From Squalus acanthias (taxonomy: Eukaryota), in the NCBI GenBank assembly GCA_030390025.1, contig CM059432.1:70558001-70622000 (forward strand): a stretch of DNA of 64,000 bases, given 5' to 3'. This document shows, piece after piece, positions 1 to 12,328 of the stretch; positions within the stretch are counted from its first letter, which is position 1; the number at the start of each line of letters is the position of its first letter. A program made the position numbers and the translations under genes. Under the pieces are notes generated by a model that made no database searches, was not told where the DNA came from, and saw only the letters and a list, made by a program, of their open reading frames with translations.

Positions 1-1035
1 AACTAACAACACACAAGGGTAGGCACTTGGGTGTTTTAGCCAATGTTCATGTGAAGTTTCTGTTAATGTGCTGTCAAACATTGAAATCTTTATTTTCAAC
101 ATTTTGCGTTCTTGGACAGATTTGCGTGCACCTTTGGAAGTGGCTTAGTGAGTTCCAGTGAATGGTGAGACATAACGGTACCCCCTGCAATGGTGATGAG
201 TGTGAAAGGAATGGCTTGGGCATTGTAGAGATGCTTTATGGTGTTGGTGTGGGGTGGTGCCAACCTGGTGCATCATGTGGCAGCCAGCATGTACAGCATC
301 AAGTGAAGTAAATCTGGCCATGGTGAGGCCATCCCTCAATGTGGTTGGGTGCTGATGCCCTGTGTCCTGTGCAGCACCAGCTGATTGTGGAGAAGGTTGG
401 TGCTGCTGGTGTGCCCAGGTGATGCTGGTTTTGGGGCTGATTCTGAGGACCAAGGTGAGATTTTTTTCAAGGGCACCGATGCTGATGGAATAGATGGCAG
501 GTGAGGTTGAGATGGCAGAAGCAATCTGTCAATGGTGAGAGGTTGCTCCAATGAGATGACACTGGATACAGAGTTTGCTCCAAACACTTGCTAGCTGCAT
601 AAAGCTCAATCTGTCTTCCAAATGCAGTAAGCAACAGCTTCTAACCTTGGAAAGTGAACACCTATGAAATGGGAGCTTTTATATACCATTTGCAGCTGTC
701 AAGTTAGTAAATCATCCCATACTGACACAACACCCGACCTCCTTACCTGATGTGATTCCCGAGCAGCGGGGAAGCCATTGGCGAACTCTTAAAATCTAAA
801 GGTGAGCTTAAAATACTATTTAATTGCCTCTTAACAATCTCTTAATGATCTAATTTGCCTCCCCCACCGCTTGGTGTCGGGTCTGTTCAGCGATGACAGA
901 CCCAACATCTGGGAGACTAGTGTGGAGGTGGGTTGACAGCAGGTTCCCTACCCGCTGTCCAAAAAAAAAAAATTCCCACCCGACCCGCCACCAAACGTGC
1001 CCGCTGACCCCCCAAATTCCCAAAAAATCCCCCCC
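1..1035 (-). mobile_element. Degenerate probable Harbinger-type DNA transposon relic, truncated by window start
   Basis: GC-rich subterminal block with cccgacccgcc motifs ending AAAAATCCCCCC, similar to ends of TSD-bounded elements elsewhere in the window; partner TIR not visible. Confidence 0.35.
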
Positions 1036-1169
1036 TAAATTTCAATTCCAGAAACTGAGCTGCTAATATTGAGACAAGTCAATAGTAAATATCCCAGACA
1101 AAAAGGCCTCTAATCCAGTGCTATCAGTCAAATTTAGAGGCATAATGCAATACATTCCAGATAGTCATA

Positions 1170-2595
1170 TCTCGCTGTGTAAAAAATGTTTCTTCATATC
1201 ACTTCCGGTTCTTTTGTTAATTACCTTAATTCTGTGTCCTCTGGTTACTGACCCCTCTGCCAGTGGAAACCGTTTCTCCTTATTTACTCTATCAAAACCT
1301 TTCATGATTTTGAACACCTCTATTAAATCTCCCCTTAACTTTCTCTGCTCTAAGGAGAACAACCCCAGCTTCTCCAGTCTCTCCACATAACTGAAGTCCC
1401 TCATCCCTGGTACCATTCTAGTAAATCTCTTTGGCACCCTCTCCAAGGCCTTGACATCCTTCCTAAAGTGTGGTGCCCAGAATTGAACACAATACTCCAG
1501 CTGAGGGCTAATGAGTATTTTATAAAGATTTAACATAACTTTCTTGCTTTTGTACTCTATTAATAAAGCCAAAGATCCCGTATGCTTTTTTAGCAGCCTT
1601 CTCACCATGTCCACCCACCTTCAAAGACGTGTGTACATGCACCCCCAGGTCTCTATCTTCCTGTACCCTCTTAAAATTGCACTATTTACTTTATATTGCC
1701 TCAGCTCATCCTTCCTACCAAAATGTAATACTTCACACTTCTGTTAAATTCCATCTGCCATGGGTCTGTCCATTTCACCAGTCTGTCTATGTCCTCCTGA
1801 ATTCTGTTACACTCCTCCTCATTATTTACGACATTTCTCAGTTTTGTTTACTACATTTCTAAGTTTTGTGCAAACTTTGAAACTATACCCTGTATACCCA
1901 AGACGAGGTCATTAATATACATCAAAAAGAGCAGTGGTCCTAACACTGACCCCTGGGGAACACCACTCTATATATTTCCCTCCATTCTGGAAAACAACCC
2001 TTCATCATTACTCTCCGCTTTCTATCCCTTAGCCAGTTTTGTATCCATGCTGCCACTGTCCCTTTAATCCCATGGGCTTTAAATTTTGCTAACAAGTCTA
2101 TTATGTGGTACTTTGTCAAACACCTTTTGAAAGTTCATATACACATCAACCGCACTACCCCCATCTACCCGCTCCATTACTTCATAGAACTCAGTCAAGT
2201 TAGTCAAACATGATTTGCCTTTAACAAATTCATGCTGACTTTCATTTATTAGCCCTTATGTTTTCAAGTACCAATTAATTTTGTCCCGGATTATTGTCTA
2301 AGTTTCCCCATTACTGACGTTAGGCTGACTGGCCTATAATTCCTGGGTTTATCCCTTTCCCCTTTTTTGAACAGGGGTGCACCATTTGCAATCCTCCAGT
2401 CCACTGACACCACACCCATATCTAAGGAGGATTGGAAGACTGTGGCCAGAGCCTCTGCAATTTCCACTCTTACTTCCCTCAGCAACCTAGGATACATCCC
2501 ATTTGGATGGGGTGACTTTTCTACTTTGAGTACTGACAACCTTTTAAGTACCTCCTCTTTGATTAATTTTATCCTATGCAATATCACTACTACAT
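1170..2595 (-). mobile_element. CR1-type LINE ORF2 (RT) fragment, internally deleted
   Basis: ORFs with DWRIANGAPLFKKGERDKPRNYRPVSLTSV and PQLEYCVQFWAPHFRKDVKALERV...RGDLIEVFKIMKG; frameshifts. Confidence 0.9.
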
Positions 2596-2715
2596 TGGCA
2601 GCATCCTCTTCTCAAGTGCATTGTAATTACACTTCCAAAAAAGTACATCCATTGTTTGTGAAGCACATTGGAATGTCATGAGGATGTGAAAGAAGTTCTA
2701 TAACTGCAAGTTACT
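2595..2715 (+). mobile_element. SINE/L2-type 3' tail fragment
   Basis: tgtgaagcacattggaatgt...gtgaaag...ctataactgcaagtt resembles the L2 tail at 39410-39472. Confidence 0.55.
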
Positions 2716-4030
2716 TTTTTTTCCCCAACATTTTGCAGCTGTTGAAACCATGTCTATGTTTGATTTGTATGAGCCACAGCCTACATATAGAATACCCAAT
2801 GTCTCTCTAAGGTCCAATAATTTGATTATCCCCCAGATCCAAGCTTCTATATCCTCCAGAATCTACAGATCAAAGGAAAGGATCTGCCTGTGTCTCACAG
2901 ACAGCTATGCCCTGGTCTGCAATTTGGAGTTAAGTAAGGAGAACCAGTTCCATCTTAATTCTAGTTATTTCTAAAACCAATTTGCTTTGTGTACCTAGGA
3001 CCACATTAAAAAGAATGATACAGATGTTTTCCAAAGTCATCACAGGTTGCTTGAGTGAGTCTGCCAATTGATGTTATGTTGTGAGAAGTTTTGTGTTGTG
3101 GGCTTGTGCCCACTAGTGCTGTGTTTGAAGCTGCCCAAACTCATTTCACATGAGGGCTATCGTATCCAGGAGAGATTATCCTGCATCAGTCTGGGCTGGC
3201 ATTCCACCAGAGATGGAAGGCTAGTATGCTAGTATTAGTTCTCCTGTTTCAATTTTTCTATTTCTTATTTGAAACTGAACTTTAGATTTCAGCAGGGATC
3301 ATCTTGGATAAGAACAGTTAGAGTAAGTTGATTCGTTGGTTTGCTTCATCTAAGGAAGGGCCTCCATCTAAAGTATGATCCAATGAGAGAACCTCGTGGT
3401 GCTGTGAACACGCTTAATTTCCGTTCAGACTTTCAATTCCCCATTTTAGCATTATTTAAAGATTGAATGCACTGTACTTTGATTCTCTGGAGGTTAAGCT
3501 GTATTATCTATTTGGCGTCCTTTAATTTGCTTGATACACCAAATGGCTCTTTCACTTTGATTTGTATGTTTTTAGCAGTGGAACTAACACTGTGTATATT
3601 TAAATTGTATTATATTTCTGCTTTCTAATATGATTCATTGTTTTAGATTGAAACACAAGTGGTTCTTTTATTTTTAAAAAAAAGGGAGAATTTTAGAAGA
3701 AGTCTGTCTTTCTGTACCATACACGTTGTTTTGGCTGAGGGGGCAGGAGGAAAACTGCTCTTATTGGGTGGGTTTGGGGGGGGGTGCGGTTGCCCACGCC
3801 CACCATGTTGCTCTGAAGCTGGCTGCTAAATAGTATGAAAGACCAGCAAGGGCCGAATTGACCACTTCTCTTTTAGTTTCTTCCTTGTCGTGTGAGGAAC
3901 TGTTGAGATGTGTTGGCATTCTATCATTCTGGAGACAGCACCTGTTAAAGGCTGGGTTGTTGGTCAGTTTCCTATCTGATCCCAGTACGGCAAGTACATT
4001 TTTATTTCTTTAAAAAAAAATACACACATA

Positions 4031-4130
4031 GGCTCGGAATTTCCTCGGAGCTGCTCCCACTTCATCACCGTAATTTTGTTGACTAATTTATGGCGGCAGA
4101 GCAGAAGCAGCTCTGAGGAAATTCCGGGCC
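4031..4130. mobile_element. 100-bp hairpin MITE, PIF/Harbinger-type
   Basis: TIRs GGCTCGGAATTTCCTCGGAGCTGCT / AGCAGCTCTGAGGAAATTCCGGGCC (23 of 25 complementary); ATA on both flanks. Confidence 0.85.
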
Positions 4131-4339
4131 ATACAGTCTTGCTTCCCTCAGCAACCTAGAATGCATCCCATTTGGATGAAGAAGGCCCTTTAGACCGTTT
4201 AGTCTTTCCATTCTAGAATACCAACCCTACTGAATTCCCATTGCAGTATTCAGTTGTTTCTTAAATAAGTTGAGTGCCCTGGTTAAAACCATAGAGATAC
4301 TTGCCAATGTCTAACCTAAATTAACCCTTTACCACTGTG

Positions 4340-4820
4340 TCCTCATCTTGCTTTTATAAGCATTTAAAAAGTAAAAGAATAGTTAGAGGATGTAGGATTG
4401 CTCGGGGATGAAGGAGGGAGTCTAATTCTGGATGAAGGTATGTCAGAGATATTAAACAAATATTTTGTATCATTCTTTTAGAAATGCTGGTGGAAGTGAG
4501 ATTGTACGTGTACTAGAGGGGAATATGGAATCTTTGTTAGAGATAACATTAGAAAAGGATTTTGTTGTTTTTTTAAATTGAGCGTAACTCAGTGGCCAAG
4601 TCTAATGACTCGCACCCTAGCCTGTTTGGGGGAAAAAAAGTCAGAAAACAGATAGCAGAGGCTCTGTCCACAATTTTTCAATTCTCCTTAAATATGCAAA
4701 TTATGCAGTAGGACTAGAGCAACCATTGTAAGTCCAATGCTCGACGACAGAGGAGGATAAACTGGGTAACTATAGACCAGTTAGTCTAATATCAGTGATG
4801 GGCAAACTCTTGAGTGATTT
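4340..4820 (+). mobile_element. Old degenerate CR1 ORF2 fragment
   Basis: ctgggtaactatagaccagttagtctaatatcagtg (GNYRPVSL) and upstream CR1-like sequence. Confidence 0.7.
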
Positions 4821-4829
4821 CAAACCTAT

Positions 4830-6090
4830 CTACCAAAATTGACAGGTGGGCATCTAAAATGGCACAGGTTATTTACCTGCCAGAAAGCTGCCGTGATCCC
4901 ACCATTCGGGGTTTTAATCTGCTTTACTGAACAGGCAGCAAAGCTGGCGGGGTCCTTCTTTACATATGCATCTGGGGTCTTGATGATGTCATCGGGACCC
5001 TACTAAAATTTTAACTGGTGGCCTGAGTGGGGAAACCAATGTGGTTTTCGTACCAGGTACAGATTTTGGGAAGAGGATCTGAGCCAGAAGAGGCCGAAGC
5101 AGGTAATTTAAAAAAAAAAATTATTTTCCTTGTGGGTTCTGGAGGAGCACTCCTGCTCTTCCTGGACCCAAAAGGAAAGCTTAGGCCTCTCCCACCCAGA
5201 TTCTTCCTGCCCCCTCTTCCCAAAAGCAAGGTTCCCACGAGACGGACCCAGAAGACAATTCAGCCACCTACCTTGTGTTGGAGGGTGGCAATCTTTTTCA
5301 GCCGTTTGCCACCTGTCATGGGCTGGAAGTCAGCCGATGGGATTTAAATGAGACCTGGGAGTTAAAATAGCCCAGACTTCATTTCTGAAGCAGCGGATGA
5401 GTTTCGAACTCTCCTCGCTACCCTCCTGCCTAGAGTTAAAATCGGGGTCCTTAGAATGCATAATTAGAGAGAGAGAATGCCGGGCAAGATAGGCGGCTAC
5501 GAGCCTCCTGGGTGACCGACAAACTTGTGTGCTGAGGCTCGGAAAGAATTTGACTCCCAGCCATTTTTTCCATATTTGGGCTCAGACTCCTACCTGAACC
5601 CAGCAGGAATCACTGCCTGGCCAGCGGGCGGGAATTGCAATTCAGACAGCAAGAGGCCACTGCCTGTATACCACGGGAAATGTCCTTGGCAGTCAGGCAA
5701 GTGGTGAGGAGGTGTGGGGGGTGGGGTCCAGTGGTGATCAAGATCAGGGGGATGGGAAGCCCAGGGCAAAGACGGCCCAAGGTTTCCTTGTGGGGCCTGG
5801 AGGAGCACTCCTGCTCCTGATCCACAAGGAGACTTAAACAGAATTAAAACTTGCCTTACTGGGCCTCTTCTGGCACTTGATCCAGCTCCCAGCAGGCTTG
5901 GGTTGGCGAGGAAGCCACCACTACTCCCTCCTCGGGCCTCACGCCTCAGGTTAAAATGGCAGATTGGGGCCCAGTGACCTCATTGGAGCCCAACCTGCAT
6001 ATTTGAAGAGGACCCCACCGACTTGGGGTGGCTGTCCTTGCTGTCTGGAAAGGAGTGGGTAACTCTTCTGTTCCATTTTAACTAATTTTT
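4830..6090. mobile_element. Two adjacent related GC-rich non-autonomous elements (probably Harbinger-type MITEs)
   Basis: Shared core tgtggg..ctggaggagcactcctgctc at about 5131-5160 and 5789-5817; end gagttaaaatcggggtcc (about 5450) matches the end at 14439-14456. Confidence 0.55.
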
Positions 6091-6504
6091 ACTCTGCAGG
6101 GGGTGTTGCAATCGAGGCCAATAAGTGAATGTTTAGAAATGCATAGGTTAACCAGGACAGCCAGCATGAATGGGCCACACAGCCCATTAAAGTGGTCGCA
6201 CACCCAAAATAAAAATTAGGGGGAACATTGACTGAGTAATACATTTTGGAAAAAATGAAAGGAATGGGGGTATACATTCAACAGAAAAATTCTGAAGGAT
6301 GTTGAACAGAGACCCCCAGGAGTTCAATAGATAATTCCCTGAAAATGCGAGTACCAGTAGATAAAGCCTCAAAAAGCACAGCAGGCCTTTAGCTTTTCTA
6401 AATCGGGGCAGAGAGTACAAGAGTAAATAAGTAATGATGAATCTGTAGAAAACATTGGTTAAGCTACAGTTATACTGTGTGCAGTTTTGGCTGCCCAACT
6501 ATAA

Positions 6505-7002
6505 TAAATAATAGAGGGAGAAGACCGATTGAGAGTAAACTAGCAAAAAATATAAAAACTCAGGTTAAGCGGGTTGGGCCTATACTCATTGGAGTTTAGA
6601 AGAATGAGAGGTGATCTTATTGAAACATATAAGATTCTGAGGGGGCTTGACAGGGTAGATGCAGGGAGGATGTTTCCCCTTGTGGGGGAATCTAGAACTA
6701 GGGGGCATAGTTTCAGAATAAAGGTTTGCCCATTTAAAACGGAGATGAGGAGGAATTTCTTCTGAGGGTTGTGAATCTTTGGAATTCTCTACCCCAGAGA
6801 GCTGTGGAGGCGGAGTCATTGAATATATTCAAGGTGGAGATAGACAGATATTTGAGCTATTGGGGAGTTACGGGTTATGGGGAGCGGGCGGGAAAGTGGA
6901 GTTGAGGCCAAGATCAGATCAGCCATGATCTTATTGAATGGTGAAGCAGGCTCGAGGGGCAAAATGGCCTACTTCTGCTCCTATTTCCTAAGTTCTTATG
7001 TA
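6505..7002 (+). mobile_element. Younger CR1 3' end nested in older CR1
   Basis: LGLYSLEFRRMRGDLIETYKILRGLDRVDAGRMFPLVGESRTRGH; 3' UTR cagccatgatcttattgaatgg...cctacttctgctcctattt and gttcttat tail. Confidence 0.92.
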
Positions 7003-7024
7003 TATAAAGGGCATTAAAGCCATA

Positions 7025-7720
7025 GGGGGAAAAATTTGGTTGCTTTGTGCCTCCAGTTAGCGTCCTAAGAGGGCGCTAACGGGGCGCAAAGCAACTAGCG
7101 CCCGGGCGCGGCGCCTCCAGCAAAATTCAGCGATGACATCATCGCCATGCGCAGCACCCCAGCCGTGATCTTCGGTAGCGCCCCCTGACTTACTGCTGGA
7201 CGCTATGACCGACGGGGGGGGGCCTACCTGTGGCTGGGGCGGCGCTATTTAAAGGCGATGTGCCGGGCGGCCATTTATGTTGCTGGCTGCCTGCCAGCAC
7301 CTGCCTCCCTGCCAGCACCTGCCTCCGCTCCCGTCCCCGGCCTCCTGACCCGCCCCCCTGCGGAGTGCCGGCTGCGCTCCGTGAGCCCGGCACTTCTCTT
7401 GATTGCCGGGCTCTTTTGCTGGCACTCCGATCCCCGGTGGCCCAGCTGGGCCCCGGGTCGCGTTGCGCTAGGCCCCTCCCCTTTAAGAAGGGGAGGAAGG
7501 CCTGCAGTACCGCAGTGCGTGACGCTGCGGCATGTAGCGCCGTGATATTCCCGTGCAGCGCCCCAAGAGGGAGGCGGGGTGCTTCCAGTAGCACCCTGCT
7601 TCCCTCTTGGGGCGCTACCACTCAATTTCGGCCGTGGGGGCGCTAATTTTTCCGGGGCGTTAAAAGTAGCGCCCCGGCGAAGTTAGTACCCCAAAGGGGA
7701 CGCGACTCAATTTCTCCCCC
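7025..7720. mobile_element. CpG-rich MITE, PIF/Harbinger-type
   Basis: GGGGGAAAAATT ... AATTTCTCCCCC TIRs, ATA TSD on both sides, repeated subterminal agcgccc/gggcgct motifs; interrupts CR1 sequence. Confidence 0.82.
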
Positions 7721-8799
7721 ATAGGGTGTATACAACGTAGATTTACCAGGATGACACCAGGAATGAACAACAGAAGTTATGAGGAGATACTTGAGATACT
7801 GGGACTATTTCTGCTGGAGGAGATTTAATAGTTTTTTTTTTCCCAATTGAGTTCTGTTAGTGAATAGGGTAAGGCTGTTTCCTCTAGTTGAGATGTCAGT
7901 GATGAGAGGTCATTAATTTAAAATTGACACCCAAGTGCAAACCCTGTTGAGCTCTCATTTAAAACCTTGTTTACCTCCTCCATCCACAGTGCCCTTCCTC
8001 CATTCCCACAGAAAGCTTGATGTCATTTGGGAATTGCAGTATTAATTCAAGTTAATTAAATTCAAAATAATTTATGAATATTGGAAAGAAGACAAAACCT
8101 CTAGGTCAGCCCACCCAAATCCTTTCCCTCATTTTCTCTGTCCCATGTGACCTAGCTCCTTTTATGATTACCTTGTCCAATTTTACTATTTATTAATCTG
8201 TATCCATGTGTTGACATCCACTGGCCTTGATTTGTAAAGTGTCTTTATATAGTACTTTTTCAGAGGCCTTTTGAAAGTCTAGATACGCTATTGTATGGCT
8301 CCATTATGTCAAGGCTTCCCCAGGCTTATTTGGGATATTGTTTCCTCAAAAAAATTCTAAGGTTGGTCAGATAAGAGCTGAAGATTGTTTTTACACACAA
8401 GATTTAGAACACAGAAAACCATGCTAAAATGTCATCACGGCCGAGATTATAACTTCATTTGAAAGGAAATTGGCTAAATAATTGGAAATAATACAAAAGG
8501 ATAGAAGGAAAGGGCAGGGTTATGAAATAACTCCAGCTGAAGAGATATCATTGGTACAAGCACAACAGCTGTGTGCTGTTATTTATATGATTCATGATAG
8601 ACTTCATGTCTTATCAGTCCAGAGGTGCTGAACGTAAACTTGTTCTGTATAGTCTGAAGCCGATCTATATTTCAGCAAATGATGATGGAATAGAAAGATG
8701 AGTAATGTCTGCCTTGACTCTCTCAATCTTTGTTTTCCTCCTTTTTGTTACAAGATTGGTCAATTGCAACCTAAAATGATTTGGCACCATTGTCCTCAT

Positions 8800-9420
8800 G
8801 ACAACAACAATTTGCATTTATATAGTGTCTTTAATGTAGTAAAACATCCCAAGGTGCTTCACAGGAGCGTTATCGGACAAAATTTGACACTGAGCCACAT
8901 GTGATATTAGGACAGGTGACCAAAAGCTTGGTTAAAGAGGTAGGCTTTGAGGAGCACCTTAAAGGATGCAGAGAGGTTTAGGGAGTGAATTCCAGAGTCT
9001 GGGACCTAGACAGCTGAAGGCACAGCCACCAATGGTGGGGCGAAGGAAATTGGTGATGTACAAGAGGCCAGATTTGGAGAAATGCAAGGTTCTCAGAGGA
9101 TTGTAGGGCTGAAAGAGGTTCGAGAGAGATGGAGTGGTGAGGCCATAGGGATTTGTACACCGGATGAGAAATTTAAAATTGAGGCATTGCTGGACGAGGA
9201 GCCAATGTAGGTCAGCGCGCACAGGGGTGATGGGGGAACAGAACTCAGCGCGAGTTAGGATACGGCCAACAGAGTTTTAGATGAACTCAAGTTTATGGAG
9301 GGTGAAAGATCAGAGGCCGGCCAGGATTATGGAAGTAGAAGTAGGCGGTCTTGATGATGGGGAGGATATGGGCGCTCAGCTCAGGGTCAAATAGACCACG
9401 GAGTTTGTGAACAGTCTGAC
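8800..9420 (-). mobile_element. L2-clade LINE 3' fragment
   Basis: ADLHWLLVQQCLNFK and AFSCLGPRLWNSLP; (CAA)n tail on +; homologous to 38900-39472. Confidence 0.88.
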
Positions 9421-9659
9421 CCAAGGATGTTTTAGCATTGACGTGAATTTCTTTTCTTTGGAGCTTCTATTTTTAATTCTGAGCTCTCCAGTGCACGTTT
9501 AACTTCAGATTTTGTACATCACTTTATTTGGGAACTTCTTTCCCTCTGAAGACCAGATAGCTGTTTGCTTGGTGCATCTGCACTCAGAACCAAGACAATT
9601 GCCAGAACTTCTGCAGGTTAAGTCAAAGTAGATATTCAGATATCCAATCCTTAATCAGA

Positions 9660-9965
9660 AGCAAATCTCTGAATCGGCTGGTTGAAGCCCCATTCCAAGA
9701 CTTGAGCACGTAATCAGTTCAGCAGCGAGGGACTGCTGCATTGTTGGAGGTTCTGTCATTTGGATGAAAATGTAAAACCACGCTTCTATTTGCCTGTTCC
9801 AGTGGTTCAAAGTGGATGTTGAAGATCCCATGTACTATTTGAAGAAGAGCAGGCAATTCTCCTAATACCTGGCCACTCTTCTATCTTCAACCAACCCCAC
9901 TGAATAACTGGTCATTCCTCTCTACTGTTTATGGGATCTAGTTGTGTGGAAAATATCCATCATTG
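9660..9965 (+). mobile_element. Deu-domain SINE (SacSINE1/AmnSINE1-like)
   Basis: gacttgagcac...gaagatcccatg.actatttgaagaagagcagg...ctggtcatt...ctgtttatgggatct matches the Deu core as recalled; not searched. Confidence 0.7.
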
Positions 9966-11058
9966 TCCATCATAGATTTGGCTTAGAAGGGACTGAGCAA
10001 ATATTCCTCTGTCCCAGTCAGGAAGGGTAAATTGGAGTCCTCCTGACCACTCGAAGTATTTTTGCTTGCTTGTCCATTTCCTCAGAAATCCATGGGAAGT
10101 GACCTTGTATCTTGAGAAATCCTGACCTACTTTCACGGTCCTCTACAAATAAGGCTGGCTCTTACTTGGTGCAGTAGTTTATTTTACCAGGATAAATCCC
10201 GTTTGAAATGTTGCCAGGATGGCTTGAGACTTTGAGGAATAACTATTTAATTGGTGGATGCAGTCTGCATAAATTCAAAGAATTCCTTTTGGTGCTCTTG
10301 TGATGCAGCAAGATATCCATCGCACCTGCTTGCAAAATTATTGGGAATCTCATGCAGAAAATATCTTTGGGACAGTTTTTAGGATCTGTTCTTTTTTTAA
10401 ACATTCTCTTTATTTAATCCACCCAATGGGCAGTTAATTCAAAAAGTACAAAGCCACCAAACATTTAAAGCAAAAAAACCAAAATGCTGCCCAAGTCTAA
10501 GTGATCTAAAACAGAAGCCCGACTTCCTGCTGCAATACTTCAGCATGTCTTCAGTCCCAATTTTTAAACCTAACCACTAGGACGGAAAGATTAACACATG
10601 TTGTATTTTAAAAGTAAGGAAGACTCTGCAGAAAGACTTTTTTTTGCTTAAGGGGCCCTTTTTTGGAATCGGTGATAGAGTATTGTTGGATCGCTTTTTG
10701 TCTTTTAAAGTTAGGCTATCACCCAAGTCAAAGGCTTGGGTGAATGGAATATTTTAGGCTAAGAATGTTTGAGGTCCTAAGACTGATATTTGGTAGCTCT
10801 CAAAACAATAAGAGATTGTCAATTTATCTGCGATCTCTGCCATTTCAGTATCCAAAAGGACAAACTCGAGCCAATAAGAATTGTAAACCGATTGAGGTAT
10901 GGAGAGGAGAGTATGTTAAACTGGTAAAAGGAGAGTTCAGGAGAGACCTTGTCAAAGTTTTCAAGATTTTAATGGGCATTGATAAACTGAACCTCCATAA
11001 ATGATTTGACGTAACCACAAATTGTGCAACCTCCAGCTAAGAAGAGGGAAGGTGAACA

Positions 11059-12135
11059 TAAGAACATAAGAAATAGGAGCAGGAGTAGGCCAATCGGCCC
11101 CTCGAGCCTGCTCCGCCATTCAATAAGATCATGGCTGATCTGATCCTAACCGCCAATCTACTATCTATCACAGAACCATCTCCTGCATCTAACAGAATTG
11201 CACACACGAAATAGGAGCAGAATCAGGCTACACGGTCCCTGGGCCCGCTCCACTACCCACAGGGCCATGACCGATCCGAACCTAGACTCATGTCCAAATT
11301 CCTGCCCGCTCCCCGTAACCCTTAATGCCCTTTACTTCTAGGAAACTGTCTATTTCTGTTTTAAATTTAATTAATGTTGTAGCTTCTACAGCTTTTTGTG
11401 GCAGCATATTCCATGGACCTACCACCCTCTGAGTGAAGTAGTTCCTCCTCATCTCAGTTTTGAAAGAGCAGCCCCTTATTCTAAGACTATGTCCCCTAGT
11501 TCTAGTCTCACCCGTCATCGGGAACATCCTCCCCGCATCCACCCGATCCAACCCCTTCACAATCTTATATGTTTCAATAAGATCGCCTCTCATTCTTCTG
11601 AACTCCAATGAGTAGAGTCCCAATCTACCCAACCTCTCCTCATATGACCACCCCCTCATCCCCGGGATTAACCGAGTGAACCTTTTTTGCACTGCCTCGA
11701 GAGCAAGGATGTCTTTCCTTAAGTAAGGACACCAAAACTGTATGCAGTATTCCAGGTGCGGTCTCACCAATACCTTGTACAACTGAAGCAATACCTCCCT
11801 ATTTTTATATTCTATCCCCCTAGCAATGAAAGCCAACATTCCATTTGCCTTCTTAATCACTTGCTGCACCTGCATACTAACCTTTTGAGTTTCGTGCACC
11901 AGGACCCCCAGATCCCTTTGCACTTCAGTACTCTCCAGTTTCTTGCCATTAAGATAATAAATTGCTCTAGGATTTTTTCTGCCAAAGTGCATCACCTCAC
12001 ACTTTCCAGTGTTGTATTCCATCTGCCAAATCTCTGCCCACTTACTTAGCCTGTCTATGTCCCCTTGCAGGTTTTTTATGTCCTCCTCACTCACTACTTT
12101 CCCTCCCATCTTTGTATCATCTGCAAATTTTGATA
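11059..12135 (-). mobile_element. Young 5'-truncated CR1 LINE
   Basis: Uninterrupted 273-aa RT C-terminal ORF (11288-12109); (ATAAGAAC)n tail on +; TGAACA at 11053-11058 and 12136-12141 as probable TSD. Confidence 0.95.
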
Positions 12136-12328
12136 TGAACAGGCCATTTATATTTAACTACTTCATAGAGGTTGGCAACTGTATTGAGCAGACTGCGCAG
12201 GGAAATAATGAAGGTAAATAGCATTGGCAAATTCAAGAGATGGATTTTTTTTTCGAAGAACCAAGAGTACAGTTTTGTTATTTGCCAGATGGACTGCAAT
12301 TGGCAAATATAGATATCTCACTAAATTG

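Larger units (their letters stand above)
6300..7925 (+). mobile_element. Old CR1 fragment carrying two nested insertions
   Basis: YCVQFW-like sequence ends about 6503, resumes at about 7003-7024 and again at 7724 (caacgtagatttaccaggatg, QRRFTRM). Confidence 0.7.

Noticed and set aside
3850..3998. Possible LYN first exon/promoter (GAGGAACT ETS-like site, ACG|GCAAGT donor)
   Set aside because: Motifs are short and the donor would be non-canonical; unsupported without transcript data.
7190..7646. Overlapping 95-143 aa ORFs and CpG island as a gene or the LYN promoter
   Set aside because: They lie wholly within a TIR/TSD-bounded MITE; high GC explains the lack of stops.
11288..12109. 273-aa RT ORF as a domesticated gene
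   Set aside because: 5'-truncated at the FADD motif region, with a normal CR1 tail and TSD; simply a young insertion.
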